DNA of 64,000 nt from an uncultured Candidatus Saccharibacteria bacterium (GTDB lineage Bacteria; Patescibacteriota; Minisyncoccia; Minisyncoccales; RBG-13-42-11): the NCBI GenBank assembly GCA_964481125.1, contig CAYZSL010000001.1:98468-162467 (forward strand), given 5' to 3'. Under the pieces are notes generated by a model. That model did no database searches, was not told the origin of the DNA, and worked only from the letters and a program-made list of their open reading frames with translations. This document shows positions 20,565 to 29,691 of this stretch, piece after piece (the first letter of the stretch is position 1; every line of letters starts with the position of its first letter). Made by a program: the position numbers and the translations under genes.

Positions 20565-22547
20565 ATGCCTTTTCTGATTTCCAAATGGCCTTCCAGGTCC
20601 CAATGGAGGCAATTTTTTAAAGTTTTCAGCAAAAGAGAAAAGACCGTCTTCTTTGTTTTTTCGTTTTTCGTTTTGGTTAGCTTACTTTTCCTTTCTGTCA
20701 GTTTTTATCTGACCCATACGGAAATCCAGCCAGCCAATGGAGGAAACTACGTTGAGGGTGTAGTCGGCTCTCCAAGGCTGATCAACCCGCTTTATCCGTC
20801 CCGCGATGTTGACAGGGATTTAATTGAATTGATTTATTCTGGCTTGATGAAATATGACGGAGAAAGCCAACTGGCCACTGATTTGGCAGAGGATTACAAA
20901 ATTCTTGATAACGGGAAAGCATTTGAATTCTATTTAAAAGAGAACCTTCTCTGGTCAGACAACCGACCTTTAACAGCTGACGATATCATTTTCACGGTCA
21001 AAGCTGTCCAAAACCAGTCCCTACACAGCTCAATCAGGGCAAAATGGCTGGGAGTAAAAGTGGAAAAAATATCTGATTTGGCAGTCCGCTTTGAACTGAG
21101 CAATCCCTCTGCCGTCTTCTTGGAAAACTGCACCCTGAAAATCATACCAAAGCATATCTGGGAAAACATTTCCGAGCAAAACTTTTCCCTTTCAATATAT
21201 AACTTAAAACCGATCGGCTCAGGCCCATATAAAATAAAGGAACTGCAGCAAGACAAAAAAGGTGCTGTCAGATCAGCCAAATTGACGATAAACGGCAACT
21301 ACCAGGGAAACTTGCCCAATATCCGGGAGATAACTTTACTTTTCTTTAATAACGAAGACGAACTGATTTCCGCTTTCAATTCCGGAAAAATAAAAGGATT
21401 TGCCCTAAGCTCTCCGCAAAAGTATGAAAAGATAAAAAGGAATTCTTTTTTCGACTATCAGCTTATGGTGCCAAGCTATTTTGCCATTTTCTTTAATAAT
21501 GAACAATCTAAGGTCTTGGCTGACCAAAACATAAGGGAAGCTTTAAACTACGGCACCAACAAAGAAGAGATTATCAACGAACTTCTGGCAGGGCAAGGAA
21601 GAATAGCTGATTCGCCGATCCTGCCTGACGTTTTCGGCTTTGAAAGTCCTTCAAGCATTTACAGCTTTGATTTGGAAAAAGCAAAAGAGCTCCTGGAAAC
21701 AGCTGGCTTTACTGCAGGAAAATCAGGCATCAGGGAAAAAACAACTAAAAAAGAATCGTCTTTCCAATTCAAAAGCAATCTTCAATCAGGCTCCCAGGGA
21801 ATTGAAGTCCAGGAACTGCAAAAATGCCTGGCTAAAGATTCTGAGGTTTATCCTGAAGGAGAAATAACAGGCCATTTCGGAGATAAAACAAAAGAAGCAG
21901 TAATAAGATTCCAGGAAAAATATAAAGAAGACATTCTGGTGCCGAACAATTTAACCGAAGGCAACGGAAAAGTTTTGGGAAGCACCAAAGAAAAACTGAA
22001 TGAACTCTGCGCCGCCCCTTCAGAACAAACCGCTTCCCTTTCTTTCACTTTAACGACAGCTGACCAGCCGATTATGAAAAACTTGGCTGCCCTTTTAAAA
22101 AAGCAATGGCAGGCAATGGGAGTAGAAATAAACATCAATGCTTTAGACACATCAACTCTCGAACAAGAAGTAATAAAACCAAGATCCTATGAACTGCTTT
22201 TATTCGGCCAGGGACTGGAACTCTTCCTGGATCCCTTCCCCTACTGGCATTCTTCACAAATCAAGGACCCGGGATTCAACCTTTCCAACTACGAAAACAA
22301 AGAAGCTGACAATCTTTTGGCTCAAGCGCGACAAACTTTAGACCAAGAAGAAAGAAAAATGCTTCTGGAAGAATTCCAAAATGTCCTTATTGAAGACGCC
22401 CCGGCAGTCTTTCTTTACAGCCCGGATTATATTTATTTGGTCTCAGAGAAAATAAAAGGAATCTCAGATAAAGTAATTACCAACCCTTCCAAAAGATTCT
22501 CTGATGTAGAAGATTGGTATATAAAAACAAAAAGAGTATGGAAATAA
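20565..22547 (+). CDS. Family-5 (peptide/nickel-type) ABC substrate-binding protein with an inserted peptidoglycan-binding domain
   Basis: 660 aa with an N-terminal TM anchor. SBP_bac_5-like core (GGNYVEGVVGSPRLINPLY...LMKYDGESQLATDLAEDYKILDNGKAFEFYLKENLLWSD). Residues ~402-482 (nt 21768-22010) read as PG_binding_1: GSQGIEVQELQKCLA...ITGHFGDKTKEAVIRFQEKY. Confidence 0.8.
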   Translation: MPFLISKWPSRSQWRQFFKVFSKREKTVFFVFSFFVLVSLLFLSVSFYLTHTEIQPANGGNYVEGVVGSPRLINPLYPSRDVDRDLIELIYSGLMKYDGESQLATDLAEDYKILDNGKAFEFYLKENLLWSDNRPLTADDIIFTVKAVQNQSLHSSIRAKWLGVKVEKISDLAVRFELSNPSAVFLENCTLKIIPKHIWENISEQNFSLSIYNLKPIGSGPYKIKELQQDKKGAVRSAKLTINGNYQGNLPNIREITLLFFNNEDELISAFNSGKIKGFALSSPQKYEKIKRNSFFDYQLMVPSYFAIFFNNEQSKVLADQNIREALNYGTNKEEIINELLAGQGRIADSPILPDVFGFESPSSIYSFDLEKAKELLETAGFTAGKSGIREKTTKKESSFQFKSNLQSGSQGIEVQELQKCLAKDSEVYPEGEITGHFGDKTKEAVIRFQEKYKEDILVPNNLTEGNGKVLGSTKEKLNELCAAPSEQTASLSFTLTTADQPIMKNLAALLKKQWQAMGVEININALDTSTLEQEVIKPRSYELLLFGQGLELFLDPFPYWHSSQIKDPGFNLSNYENKEADNLLAQARQTLDQEERKMLLEEFQNVLIEDAPAVFLYSPDYIYLVSEKIKGISDKVITNPSKRFSDVEDWYIKTKRVWK

Positions 22548-23107
22548 AAAAACCCGATATCCGCTATTTGAACGACATGAAAAATGTGCTGCAAGATAAA
22601 GAATGGGCAAAAAAAGCTCCGAATTATGAACTGTACTATATGTATCGGGGAGTAAAAAAAGAAAAAGGGTTCAGATACAATATTACTGTGATTCCGCCAA
22701 GGATGCTTGGAAAAGAATTCGTAAAAACAAAAGGACATGACCACATTGGAAAATTCAAGGAAATCTATACTATTTTGAACGGAGAAGCAATCTATCTTTT
22801 CCAGAAATGCAAAAACAAAATGGTTTTAGACGTTTATGCGATAAGGGCAAAGAAAAACGAGTCCGTATTAATCCCCGCAGGATACGGCCACATAACAATC
22901 AATCCTTCTAAAAAAATCTTGAAAGAAGCTGACTGGGCAGTAGAAAATTGTAAAAATGATTATAGCTTTATTGAAAAAATGGCTGGCATGTGCTATTACT
23001 ATACGAAATCTGGCTGGATAAAAAATGAGAATTATAAATCCGTGCCAAAGCTAAAGTTTAAAAAACCTCTCAAAAAAATTCCAAAAGACTTAAGCTTTCT
23101 AATATGA
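22538..23107 (+). CDS. Cupin-type glucose-6-phosphate isomerase (archaeal cPGI family)
   Basis: Aligns by eye to Pyrococcus cPGI: LNDM..., TVIPPRMLGKEFVKTKGHDH versus TVLYPGKVGKEFFFTKGHFH, and VLIPAGYGHITIN versus VYVPPYWAHRTVN. The start is set at the ATG at 22538 (MEIKKPDIRY). Confidence 0.75.
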   Translation: MEIKKPDIRYLNDMKNVLQDKEWAKKAPNYELYYMYRGVKKEKGFRYNITVIPPRMLGKEFVKTKGHDHIGKFKEIYTILNGEAIYLFQKCKNKMVLDVYAIRAKKNESVLIPAGYGHITINPSKKILKEADWAVENCKNDYSFIEKMAGMCYYYTKSGWIKNENYKSVPKLKFKKPLKKIPKDLSFLI

Positions 23108-23970
23108 TTAAAAAAGCTATTATTCCAATTGCCGGCTTAGGATCAAGATTCCTGCCATTAACCAAAACAGTGCCCAAAGAACTCTGGCCTTTGGTTGACA
23201 GACCGGTTTTACAATATATTATTGAGGAAGCTTATGAATCAGGAATTAAAGAAATCATTTTCGTTAACAAACCTGGCAACCAGCTGGTTAATAATTACTT
23301 TGAAAAAAAATTAAAAGAAAAGAAAACTTCTTTTTCCAAATACAAGAGCCATTTCTCAAACGAACTTGAAAGACTGGAAAAGATTTCAAAGAATCTTTCT
23401 TTCTATCATGTTTTTCAAAAAAGGCCTCTGGGAAACGCCCAGGCTGTATTACAAACGGAAAAGCTAATCGGCAAAAACCCTTGCGCTGTTTTGTGGGCAG
23501 ATGACGTAGTTGAAGCAAAAGTCCCCTGTCTTAAACAACTGATCAAAGTTTTTACAAAATATAAAAAGCCAATAATCGCTTTATATAAAGTGCCAAAAAC
23601 AAGCTTTCAGTTTTACGGAATGATAAAAGGAAAGAAAATAGCAAAAAGAACCTATAAAATTGAAGGCTTCATCGAAAAGCCCTCGATTAAAGAATCTCCT
23701 TCTGATTTGGCTATTGTCGGAAAATACATTATCACTCCTCAGGTTTTTGAATACCTTAAAAAAACTAAGTTTGATTTGAAAAGCGACATAACATTAAGCA
23801 CTACTCTGGCTGATATGGCCAAAGACAAAAAAGACGTTTACGGTTATGAATTTGAAGGTAAATGGCTGGAATGCGGCAACAAACTGGCGTATTTGAAATC
23901 AAACTTCTATCTTTCTTTAAAAGACCCGAGATTCGGCAAGGAACTCAAAAAATTCATTAAAATGCGCTAA
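23104..23970 (+). CDS. galU: UTP--glucose-1-phosphate uridylyltransferase
   Basis: 288 aa. AIIPIAGLGSRFLPLTKTVPKELWPLVDRPVLQYIIEEA and VEKP-like FIEKPS. ATGA overlap with the PGI gene. Confidence 0.9.
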   Translation: MIKKAIIPIAGLGSRFLPLTKTVPKELWPLVDRPVLQYIIEEAYESGIKEIIFVNKPGNQLVNNYFEKKLKEKKTSFSKYKSHFSNELERLEKISKNLSFYHVFQKRPLGNAQAVLQTEKLIGKNPCAVLWADDVVEAKVPCLKQLIKVFTKYKKPIIALYKVPKTSFQFYGMIKGKKIAKRTYKIEGFIEKPSIKESPSDLAIVGKYIITPQVFEYLKKTKFDLKSDITLSTTLADMAKDKKDVYGYEFEGKWLECGNKLAYLKSNFYLSLKDPRFGKELKKFIKMR

Positions 23971-24057
23971 GCGGACGTGGTGGAACTGGAAGACACGATA
24001 GCTTCAGGAGCTATTGGGAGCAATCTCTTGTGGGTTCGAATCCCACCGTCCGCACCA
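23971..24057 (+). tRNA. tRNA-Leu (anticodon CAG), CCA encoded
   Basis: Acceptor GCGGACG/CGTCCGC, anticodon stem ATAGC/GCTAT with loop TTCAGGA, long variable arm, T arm GTGGG-TTCGAAT-CCCAC, then A-CCA. Starts 1 nt after the galU stop. Confidence 0.9.
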
Positions 24058-24103
24058 AAAAAAGTTCTCAAGTTTTAAACAATTATTTTTAATTAGAAAA
24101 AAT

Positions 24104-25792
24104 ATGATAACACAAACGAAACAGGAAAATCTCCGCCTTATTCCTTTGGGCGGACTAGGAGAAGTAGGAAGAAACATGATGCTTTTGGAGTATAAAAGCA
24201 GTATTTTGATTATTGATATGGGCTTTCGCATGCCAGGAGAAGATATGCCCGGCATTGATTACATTGTCCCTAATATCAATTATCTGAAAGACAAAAAGAA
24301 AAACGTTGTCGGAATCGTTTTCACGCATGGACACTACGACCACATCGGCGCTGTCCCCTATTTGATTGAAAAAATCTGGCACCCTAAATTAGAAATCTTC
24401 GCCTCTCCCCTGACTCGCGGGATAATTATAAGAAGACAGGAAGATTTTCCGAACCAGCCGCCTCTTAATATTAACGAGGTGAAAAACGGCTCCAAAATCA
24501 AATTGGGCCCGTTTAAGATTGAGTTCTTCAGACAGAATCACAACATTCCTGACAATCTCGGCCTTTTTATTGAAACGCCTGTCGGCAATATCCTGCATAC
24601 TTCTGATTTTAAGTTTGACCCAACGCCGATAAACGACCTGCCCACAGATTTCAATAAATTAAAAACAATGGCTAACAGAAAAATCCTGCTCATGCTTTCC
24701 GATTCTACCGGCGCCGAAGAAGAAAACCATTCTCTTTCTGAAAAAACAATTGAAAAGAATCTGGAGGAAATTTTCGAGAAAGCGACAGGTAGGATTATTG
24801 CAGCCACTTTTGCTTCTTTAATCAACAGAGTCCAGCAGATAATCGCTCTGTCTGAAAAATACGGCAGAAAAGTGATAATTGAGGGATACTCGATGAAAAC
24901 CAACGTGGAAATTTGTAAAGTTTTAGGATTTATCAAATCAAAAAAAGGAACGATTATTAAAGCGAAAGACGCCCACCGCTATCCTGATTCGAAAATAACC
25001 ATTTTGTGCACCGGCGCCCAGGGAGAGGGTTCAGCCGTCTTAATGAGAATGGCCACCAGAGAACACCGCTTTATCCGCTTAAAAAAAGGAGACAATATCA
25101 TTCTTTCCTCATCTGTCATCCCGGGAAACGAAAGAACGGTCCAAAACTTGAAAGACGACATTCTGCGCCAGGGCTGCCGCGTATTCCATTATAAAATGAT
25201 GGATATCCATGCTGGAGGCCACGCCCAGAAAGAGGAACTGATGGAAATGATAAAAATCATAAAGCCGACTTTCTTCATTCCGATCCACGGACAATATTCA
25301 ATGCTTGTCAGCCACGCTGAAATTGCCAAGGAAGCTGGCATTCCTGAGAAAAATATAGTGGTAGCAGAAAACGGCCAGATTATCGACTTAACCCAAAAGA
25401 AAATCTCTGTTGAAAAATCATGGGTACCCTCAAACTACATTATGGTTGACGGCCTGGGCATCGGAGATGTCGGCGAAATCGTCTTAAGAGATAGGCAAAT
25501 GTTGTCCGAAGACGGCATGTTCGTCATTGTCGTGGTGGTGGATAAACAGACTGGCAAAGTAAAGGGCTCTCCTGATATAATATCAAGAGGATTCGTTTAT
25601 CTCAGGGAATCGAAAGAATTACTGAAAGATACAAGGAAAAAAGTAGTCGAAATTATCCACCATGCAACAGATTCCGGAGGGGCGGTCAACTGGAGCTATA
25701 TTAAAGACGAAATGAGGAACAAAATCGGCCAGTTTTTCTACACCAAAACCAAGAGAAGGCCGATGATCCTGCCCGTAGTTATTGAAGTATAA
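24104..25792 (+). CDS. rnj: Ribonuclease J (metallo-beta-lactamase/beta-CASP)
   Basis: MITQTKQENLRLIPLGGLGEVGRNMMLLEY, THGHYDHIG (HxHxDH) and a downstream beta-CASP region. The start is set at the ATG at 24104; the ORF-track TTG at 24014 lies inside tRNA-Leu. Confidence 0.9.
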   Translation: MITQTKQENLRLIPLGGLGEVGRNMMLLEYKSSILIIDMGFRMPGEDMPGIDYIVPNINYLKDKKKNVVGIVFTHGHYDHIGAVPYLIEKIWHPKLEIFASPLTRGIIIRRQEDFPNQPPLNINEVKNGSKIKLGPFKIEFFRQNHNIPDNLGLFIETPVGNILHTSDFKFDPTPINDLPTDFNKLKTMANRKILLMLSDSTGAEEENHSLSEKTIEKNLEEIFEKATGRIIAATFASLINRVQQIIALSEKYGRKVIIEGYSMKTNVEICKVLGFIKSKKGTIIKAKDAHRYPDSKITILCTGAQGEGSAVLMRMATREHRFIRLKKGDNIILSSSVIPGNERTVQNLKDDILRQGCRVFHYKMMDIHAGGHAQKEELMEMIKIIKPTFFIPIHGQYSMLVSHAEIAKEAGIPEKNIVVAENGQIIDLTQKKISVEKSWVPSNYIMVDGLGIGDVGEIVLRDRQMLSEDGMFVIVVVVDKQTGKVKGSPDIISRGFVYLRESKELLKDTRKKVVEIIHHATDSGGAVNWSYIKDEMRNKIGQFFYTKTKRRPMILPVVIEV

Positions 25793-25796
25793 TTAT

Positions 25797-26774
25797 ATGA
25801 GAATTTTCAGCGGCATCCAGCCGACAGGCGCAATACATATTGGCAATTACTTGGGAGCGATAAAGCAATGGCTTGAGCTTCAGGAAAAAAATGAATGCAT
25901 CTTTTGCGTTGTCGATCTACATGCTTTGACAATCCCCTACGACACTAAAACTCTTCAAGAATTAATCCTGGAAAAAACAATAGCTTATCTGGCTGCCGGC
26001 ATAAATCCTGAAAAATCAAACATTTTTGTCCAATCACAAGTAAAAGAACATTCAGAACTTGCCTGGATGTTAAACACGGTAACGCCTGTCGGAGACCTTT
26101 TAAGAATGACTCAATATAAAGAAAAAGCAAAGAAATTCCAAAAGAATCTCAATGCCGGGCTTTTAAACTATCCCATTTTAATGGCTTCTGACATCCTTTT
26201 ATATAAAACAGACTTTGTTCCCGTAGGAGAAGACCAGAAACAGCACGTTGAATTGGCCAGAACAATCGCTAAAAAATTCAACCAGCGCTTCGGAGAAGTT
26301 TTCAAACTACCCGAAGTGAAAATGATGAAAATAGGCTCGAAGATAATGAGCTTGACTGAACCAACAAAGAAAATGTCAAAAAGCGATTCTTCAGAAAGCT
26401 ATATCGGCCTCTTTGACGAACCAGAAGAGATAAAAAGGAAAATAATGGCAGCGGTCACTGACACAGGAAAAATAATAAAATACAACCAGAAACTAAAGCC
26501 CGGTATTTCCAATCTGCTGACAATATATTCTTTATTTTCTGAAAAAAGCGTAAAGGACCTGGAAAAGAAATTCAAAGGAAAAGGATATGCTGATTTCAAG
26601 AAAGCTTTAGCAGAACTTCTAATTAATTCTCTGGAGCCTTTCCGCAAAAAAAGAAAAGAGCTTCTTCAGAGAGAAGTCTATGTCAAAGAAATTCTAGAAC
26701 AAGGCAGAAAAAAAGCTAAAACTATCGCCCAGTCCACCATTCAGGAAGTGAAGGAAAAAATGGGATTAGCTTAA
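25797..26774 (+). CDS. trpS: Tryptophan--tRNA ligase
   Basis: MRIFSGIQPTGAIHIGNYLGAI (HIGH-type) and KMSKS (KKMSKSD). The start is set at the ATG at 25797, just after the rnj stop. Confidence 0.95.
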   Translation: MRIFSGIQPTGAIHIGNYLGAIKQWLELQEKNECIFCVVDLHALTIPYDTKTLQELILEKTIAYLAAGINPEKSNIFVQSQVKEHSELAWMLNTVTPVGDLLRMTQYKEKAKKFQKNLNAGLLNYPILMASDILLYKTDFVPVGEDQKQHVELARTIAKKFNQRFGEVFKLPEVKMMKIGSKIMSLTEPTKKMSKSDSSESYIGLFDEPEEIKRKIMAAVTDTGKIIKYNQKLKPGISNLLTIYSLFSEKSVKDLEKKFKGKGYADFKKALAELLINSLEPFRKKRKELLQREVYVKEILEQGRKKAKTIAQSTIQEVKEKMGLA

Positions 26775-26847
26775 TGCTTCGGTTCTTGATAAATTTTCCC
26801 TATCATTAGCATTCCCACTTTCTAAAAATATTCAAGCTTTTTCCCCT

Positions 26848-26875
26848 CAACCCAAATAACTGGGTTGATTTTAAT
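26848..26875 (+). terminator. Possible rho-independent terminator after trpS
   Basis: CAACCCA-aataac-TGGGTTG (7-bp stem) followed by ATTTTAATAATATTTT, about 75 nt after the trpS stop. Confidence 0.4.
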
Positions 26876-26899
26876 AATATTTTATTATATCATATTAGT

Positions 26900-27919
26900 A
26901 TGTCTTTTTCAGTGGGCATAATCGGCCTTCCCAACGTCGGGAAATCAACCCTATTCAAAGCGCTTACCAAGATCCCGGTTGATATAGCAAACTATCCTTT
27001 TACGACAATCCACCCCAATGTCGGAGTGGTCCACGTACCAGATAAAAGATTGGAAGAAATCGCTAAGGTTATCAAGCCGGAAAAAACCACTCCTACAATA
27101 ATCGAGTTTGTCGATATTGCCGGCCTAGTCAAAGGAGCGCACAAAGGCGAAGGGTTGGGCAACCAATTTCTGGCTCACATAAGGAACTGCGACGCCTTAG
27201 TTGAGATTGTCAGGGAATTTGAAAACGATAAGGTTGAACACGTTGACGGAGCAATTAATCCGAAAAAAGACATTGAAACAGTAAGAATTGAGCTTTTGAT
27301 GAAAGACTTGGAGACCCTGGAAGGACTACTTTCAAAAACTGAAAAAGACAAAAGCTTATCGAAAAAAACAGAGCTCTTGCAAAAGATCAAAGACTGGATT
27401 TCCCAGGACAGACTAATCTCGGAATTGGATTTAACAGAGGAAGAAAAATTAGAAACCAAAGAATACCAGTTCCTGACCCAAAAACCTCTACTTTACATCC
27501 TGAATACCGACGGAAAAGCTGAGGCAATTTCCTCCATAAAATACCTGGCAATGAATTTAAAAGACGAACAAGATTTTTCAGAACTGTCGCCAGAAGAAAG
27601 ACAAGAGCTAAGTCTCAAATCAAACCTTGACCAATTAATCACTGACTGCTACAATATTCTTGATTTAATCACTTTTTTTACAGTAGCCGGTTTAAAAGAA
27701 ACGCGGGCCTGGACGCTTAAAAAAGGACTGACAGCCTATCTTGCCGGAGGAGTCGTTCATTCCGACTTCCAGGAAAAGTTCATCAAAGCGGAAGTGATCA
27801 ACTGGCAAAAACTGATGGAAAGCGAGAACTGGCACAAGGCAAGAGAATTAGGCTGGTTAAAGACAGCTGGTAAAGATTACATTGTCCAGGACGGCGACGT
27901 AATTGAATTTAAAATATGA
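26900..27919 (+). CDS. ychF: Ribosome-binding ATPase YchF
   Basis: 339 aa. GIIGLPNVGKSTLF (G1), DIAGLVKGA (G3) and a C-terminal TGS-like end DYIVQDGDVIEFK. Confidence 0.9.
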   Translation: MSFSVGIIGLPNVGKSTLFKALTKIPVDIANYPFTTIHPNVGVVHVPDKRLEEIAKVIKPEKTTPTIIEFVDIAGLVKGAHKGEGLGNQFLAHIRNCDALVEIVREFENDKVEHVDGAINPKKDIETVRIELLMKDLETLEGLLSKTEKDKSLSKKTELLQKIKDWISQDRLISELDLTEEEKLETKEYQFLTQKPLLYILNTDGKAEAISSIKYLAMNLKDEQDFSELSPEERQELSLKSNLDQLITDCYNILDLITFFTVAGLKETRAWTLKKGLTAYLAGGVVHSDFQEKFIKAEVINWQKLMESENWHKARELGWLKTAGKDYIVQDGDVIEFKI

Positions 27920-28329
27920 AAAAATACGAATTAACATATTTAATATCATCTGAAATTTCTGAGGCAGAAACACAGCAATTGCAAGCCCAGGTTGTTTCTT
28001 TAATACAAACAGAGGGCGGCATTATATTAGAAGAAAGGATGCCCTTTGGAAGAAAATTAGCTTATCCTGTCAAAAAACAATCACAAGCCTATTTGAGTTG
28101 TCTGGTTTTTCAGCTAGAACCGGAAAAACTGAAAGATTTGGAGAAAAAACTGAAAGAAATTAATCAAATTCTCCGCTATTTGCTTTTAGTCAAATACCCG
28201 GCTAAAGAACAAAAAACCACTGCTTTCGTCAGAAAACCGAAACCGCTAAAAACGGAAAAAGAGAAAAAAGTCGACATAAAAGATATTGAAAAAAAATTAG
28301 ACGAAATACTCGAAAATGAACCTGAATAA
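27916..28329 (+). CDS. rpsF: 30S ribosomal protein S6
   Basis: 137 aa. MKKYELTYLIS...GRKLAYPVKK. Followed by ssb as in the conserved rpsF-ssb-rpsR cluster. Has a basic/acidic C-terminal extension. Confidence 0.85.
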   Translation: MKKYELTYLISSEISEAETQQLQAQVVSLIQTEGGIILEERMPFGRKLAYPVKKQSQAYLSCLVFQLEPEKLKDLEKKLKEINQILRYLLLVKYPAKEQKTTAFVRKPKPLKTEKEKKVDIKDIEKKLDEILENEPE

Positions 28330-28741
28330 AGTTTTTTTAATCGGCCGGCTGACCAGAGACCCTGAAAAAAGGGCCCTGCCTTCCGGTCAATCAGTGACCT
28401 CTTTCGGCATGGCCACTGGCCGTTTTTACACCGATAAAACCGGTCAAAAACAGCAACAGACAGAATTCCACAACATTGTCATGTTCGGCAAATTAGCTGA
28501 CATTGCCGCCCAATATTTAAACAAAGGTTCCTTGACTCTGATTGAGGGTAGGCTGCAAACAAGAACCTGGCAAGATGCTTCAGGTAATCAAAAATCAAGA
28601 ACAGAAATTGTTGCAGAAAGAATGCAATTAGGTCCAAGATCAGCCAAACAAACAATAAAACCACAAAAGTCAAATCAAGAAGAAGAAATTCCCATCATCG
28701 AAGAAGATGGAGAAATAGATATTTCACAGATACCCTTTTAA
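28316..28741 (+). CDS. ssb: Single-stranded DNA-binding protein
   Basis: 141 aa. MNLNKVFLIGRLTRDPEKRALPSGQSVTSF..TEFHNIVMFGKLA..GSLTLIEGRLQTRTW. The acidic tail ends in IPF. Confidence 0.95.
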   Translation: MNLNKVFLIGRLTRDPEKRALPSGQSVTSFGMATGRFYTDKTGQKQQQTEFHNIVMFGKLADIAAQYLNKGSLTLIEGRLQTRTWQDASGNQKSRTEIVAERMQLGPRSAKQTIKPQKSNQEEEIPIIEEDGEIDISQIPF

Positions 28742-28810
28742 AAAGTTAAAGGGCCTTAATTTAAAAATAGATATTTCTATTTTTCTTAATTTTCAATTTT
28801 TACTAGAATT

Positions 28811-29482
28811 ATGGTTTATAAAGATAAACAGAAAGAACAAAAGAGAAAAAAAGAATATTATTTAAAGAATAAAGAAAAAATATTAAGGAGAACACGAGTA
28901 TATGGTAAAAAATGGTATCAAAAAAATAAAAAAAGGATACAGCTACAACATAGAAAATACGCTAGAAAAAATAAAAAAAGGTTTATTAAATATCATCAAG
29001 AATGGTATTTAAAGCATAAGGAAAGAATATTACAAGAATCTAGGGTCTATTATAAAAAAAATAGAAAAAATATACTACAACGTTACAGAAATTATAATTA
29101 TAAAAATAAAGAAAAATTATTAAAGTATAAAACAGAGTGGCAAAAAAATAGAAGAAAAACAAACCCAAAGTATCGTCTCGATGAAAATATGGGCTCAGCA
29201 ATTGCTAGATTTCTAAGGGGAAAAAAGAATAATCAACCATGGGAAACACTAGTCAACTATACCTTGAAAGAATTAATGAAACATTTAGAAAAACAGTTTG
29301 ACAATAAAATGAATTGGAATAATTACGGAAATTATTGGGCGGTTGATCATATAAAAGCTAAAAGTTTATTTAATTATACCTCTCCGAATAACTATGAATT
29401 TAAGAATTGTTGGAGTTTAAAGAATTTACAACCATTAGAAAATATAAAAAATATAAAAAAGAGAAATTATTATTTTGCCTAA
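28811..29482 (+). CDS. Free-standing HNH-type homing endonuclease-like protein with a Lys/Tyr-rich repeat N-terminus
   Basis: 223 aa. The C-terminal YWAVDHIKAKSLFNYTSPNNYEFKNCWSLKNLQPLENIKNIKK fits the HNH pattern W.vDHI.p.s......NLqPL...N..K. The N-terminus has at least 5 copies of a Y..KNKEKIL-like unit. Inserted between ssb and rpsR. Confidence 0.65.
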   Translation: MVYKDKQKEQKRKKEYYLKNKEKILRRTRVYGKKWYQKNKKRIQLQHRKYARKNKKRFIKYHQEWYLKHKERILQESRVYYKKNRKNILQRYRNYNYKNKEKLLKYKTEWQKNRRKTNPKYRLDENMGSAIARFLRGKKNNQPWETLVNYTLKELMKHLEKQFDNKMNWNNYGNYWAVDHIKAKSLFNYTSPNNYEFKNCWSLKNLQPLENIKNIKKRNYYFA

Positions 29483-29493
29483 ATAAATTTATT

Positions 29494-29691
29494 ATGGAGT
29501 GCTATTTTTGCCAAAGAAATATTAAAAATATAGATTTTAAAGATACGCAAATTTTGTGGAGATTTATCTCAGCTTCGGGAAAAATCAAACCAAAAAAAAG
29601 AACCGGAGTTTGTTCCGGCCACCAGAGAAAATTAACTCAGGCGATAAAAAGAGCCAGATACTTAGCTCTTCTCTCGCCAACTTCTAAGTAG
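29494..29691 (+). CDS. rpsR: 30S ribosomal protein S18
   Basis: [60 protein letters not shown]. The start is set at the ATG at 29494; the ORF-track start at 29407 overlaps the HNH gene. Confidence 0.9.
   Translation: MECYFCQRNIKNIDFKDTQILWRFISASGKIKPKKRTGVCSGHQRKLTQAIKRARYLALLSPTSK

Noticed and set aside
24004-24255. Minus-strand ORF and the N-terminal extension of the RNase J ORF (TTG at 24014) overlapping tRNA-Leu
   Set aside because: The region 23971-24057 folds as a complete tRNA-Leu with encoded CCA. RNase J homology begins at the ATG at 24104.
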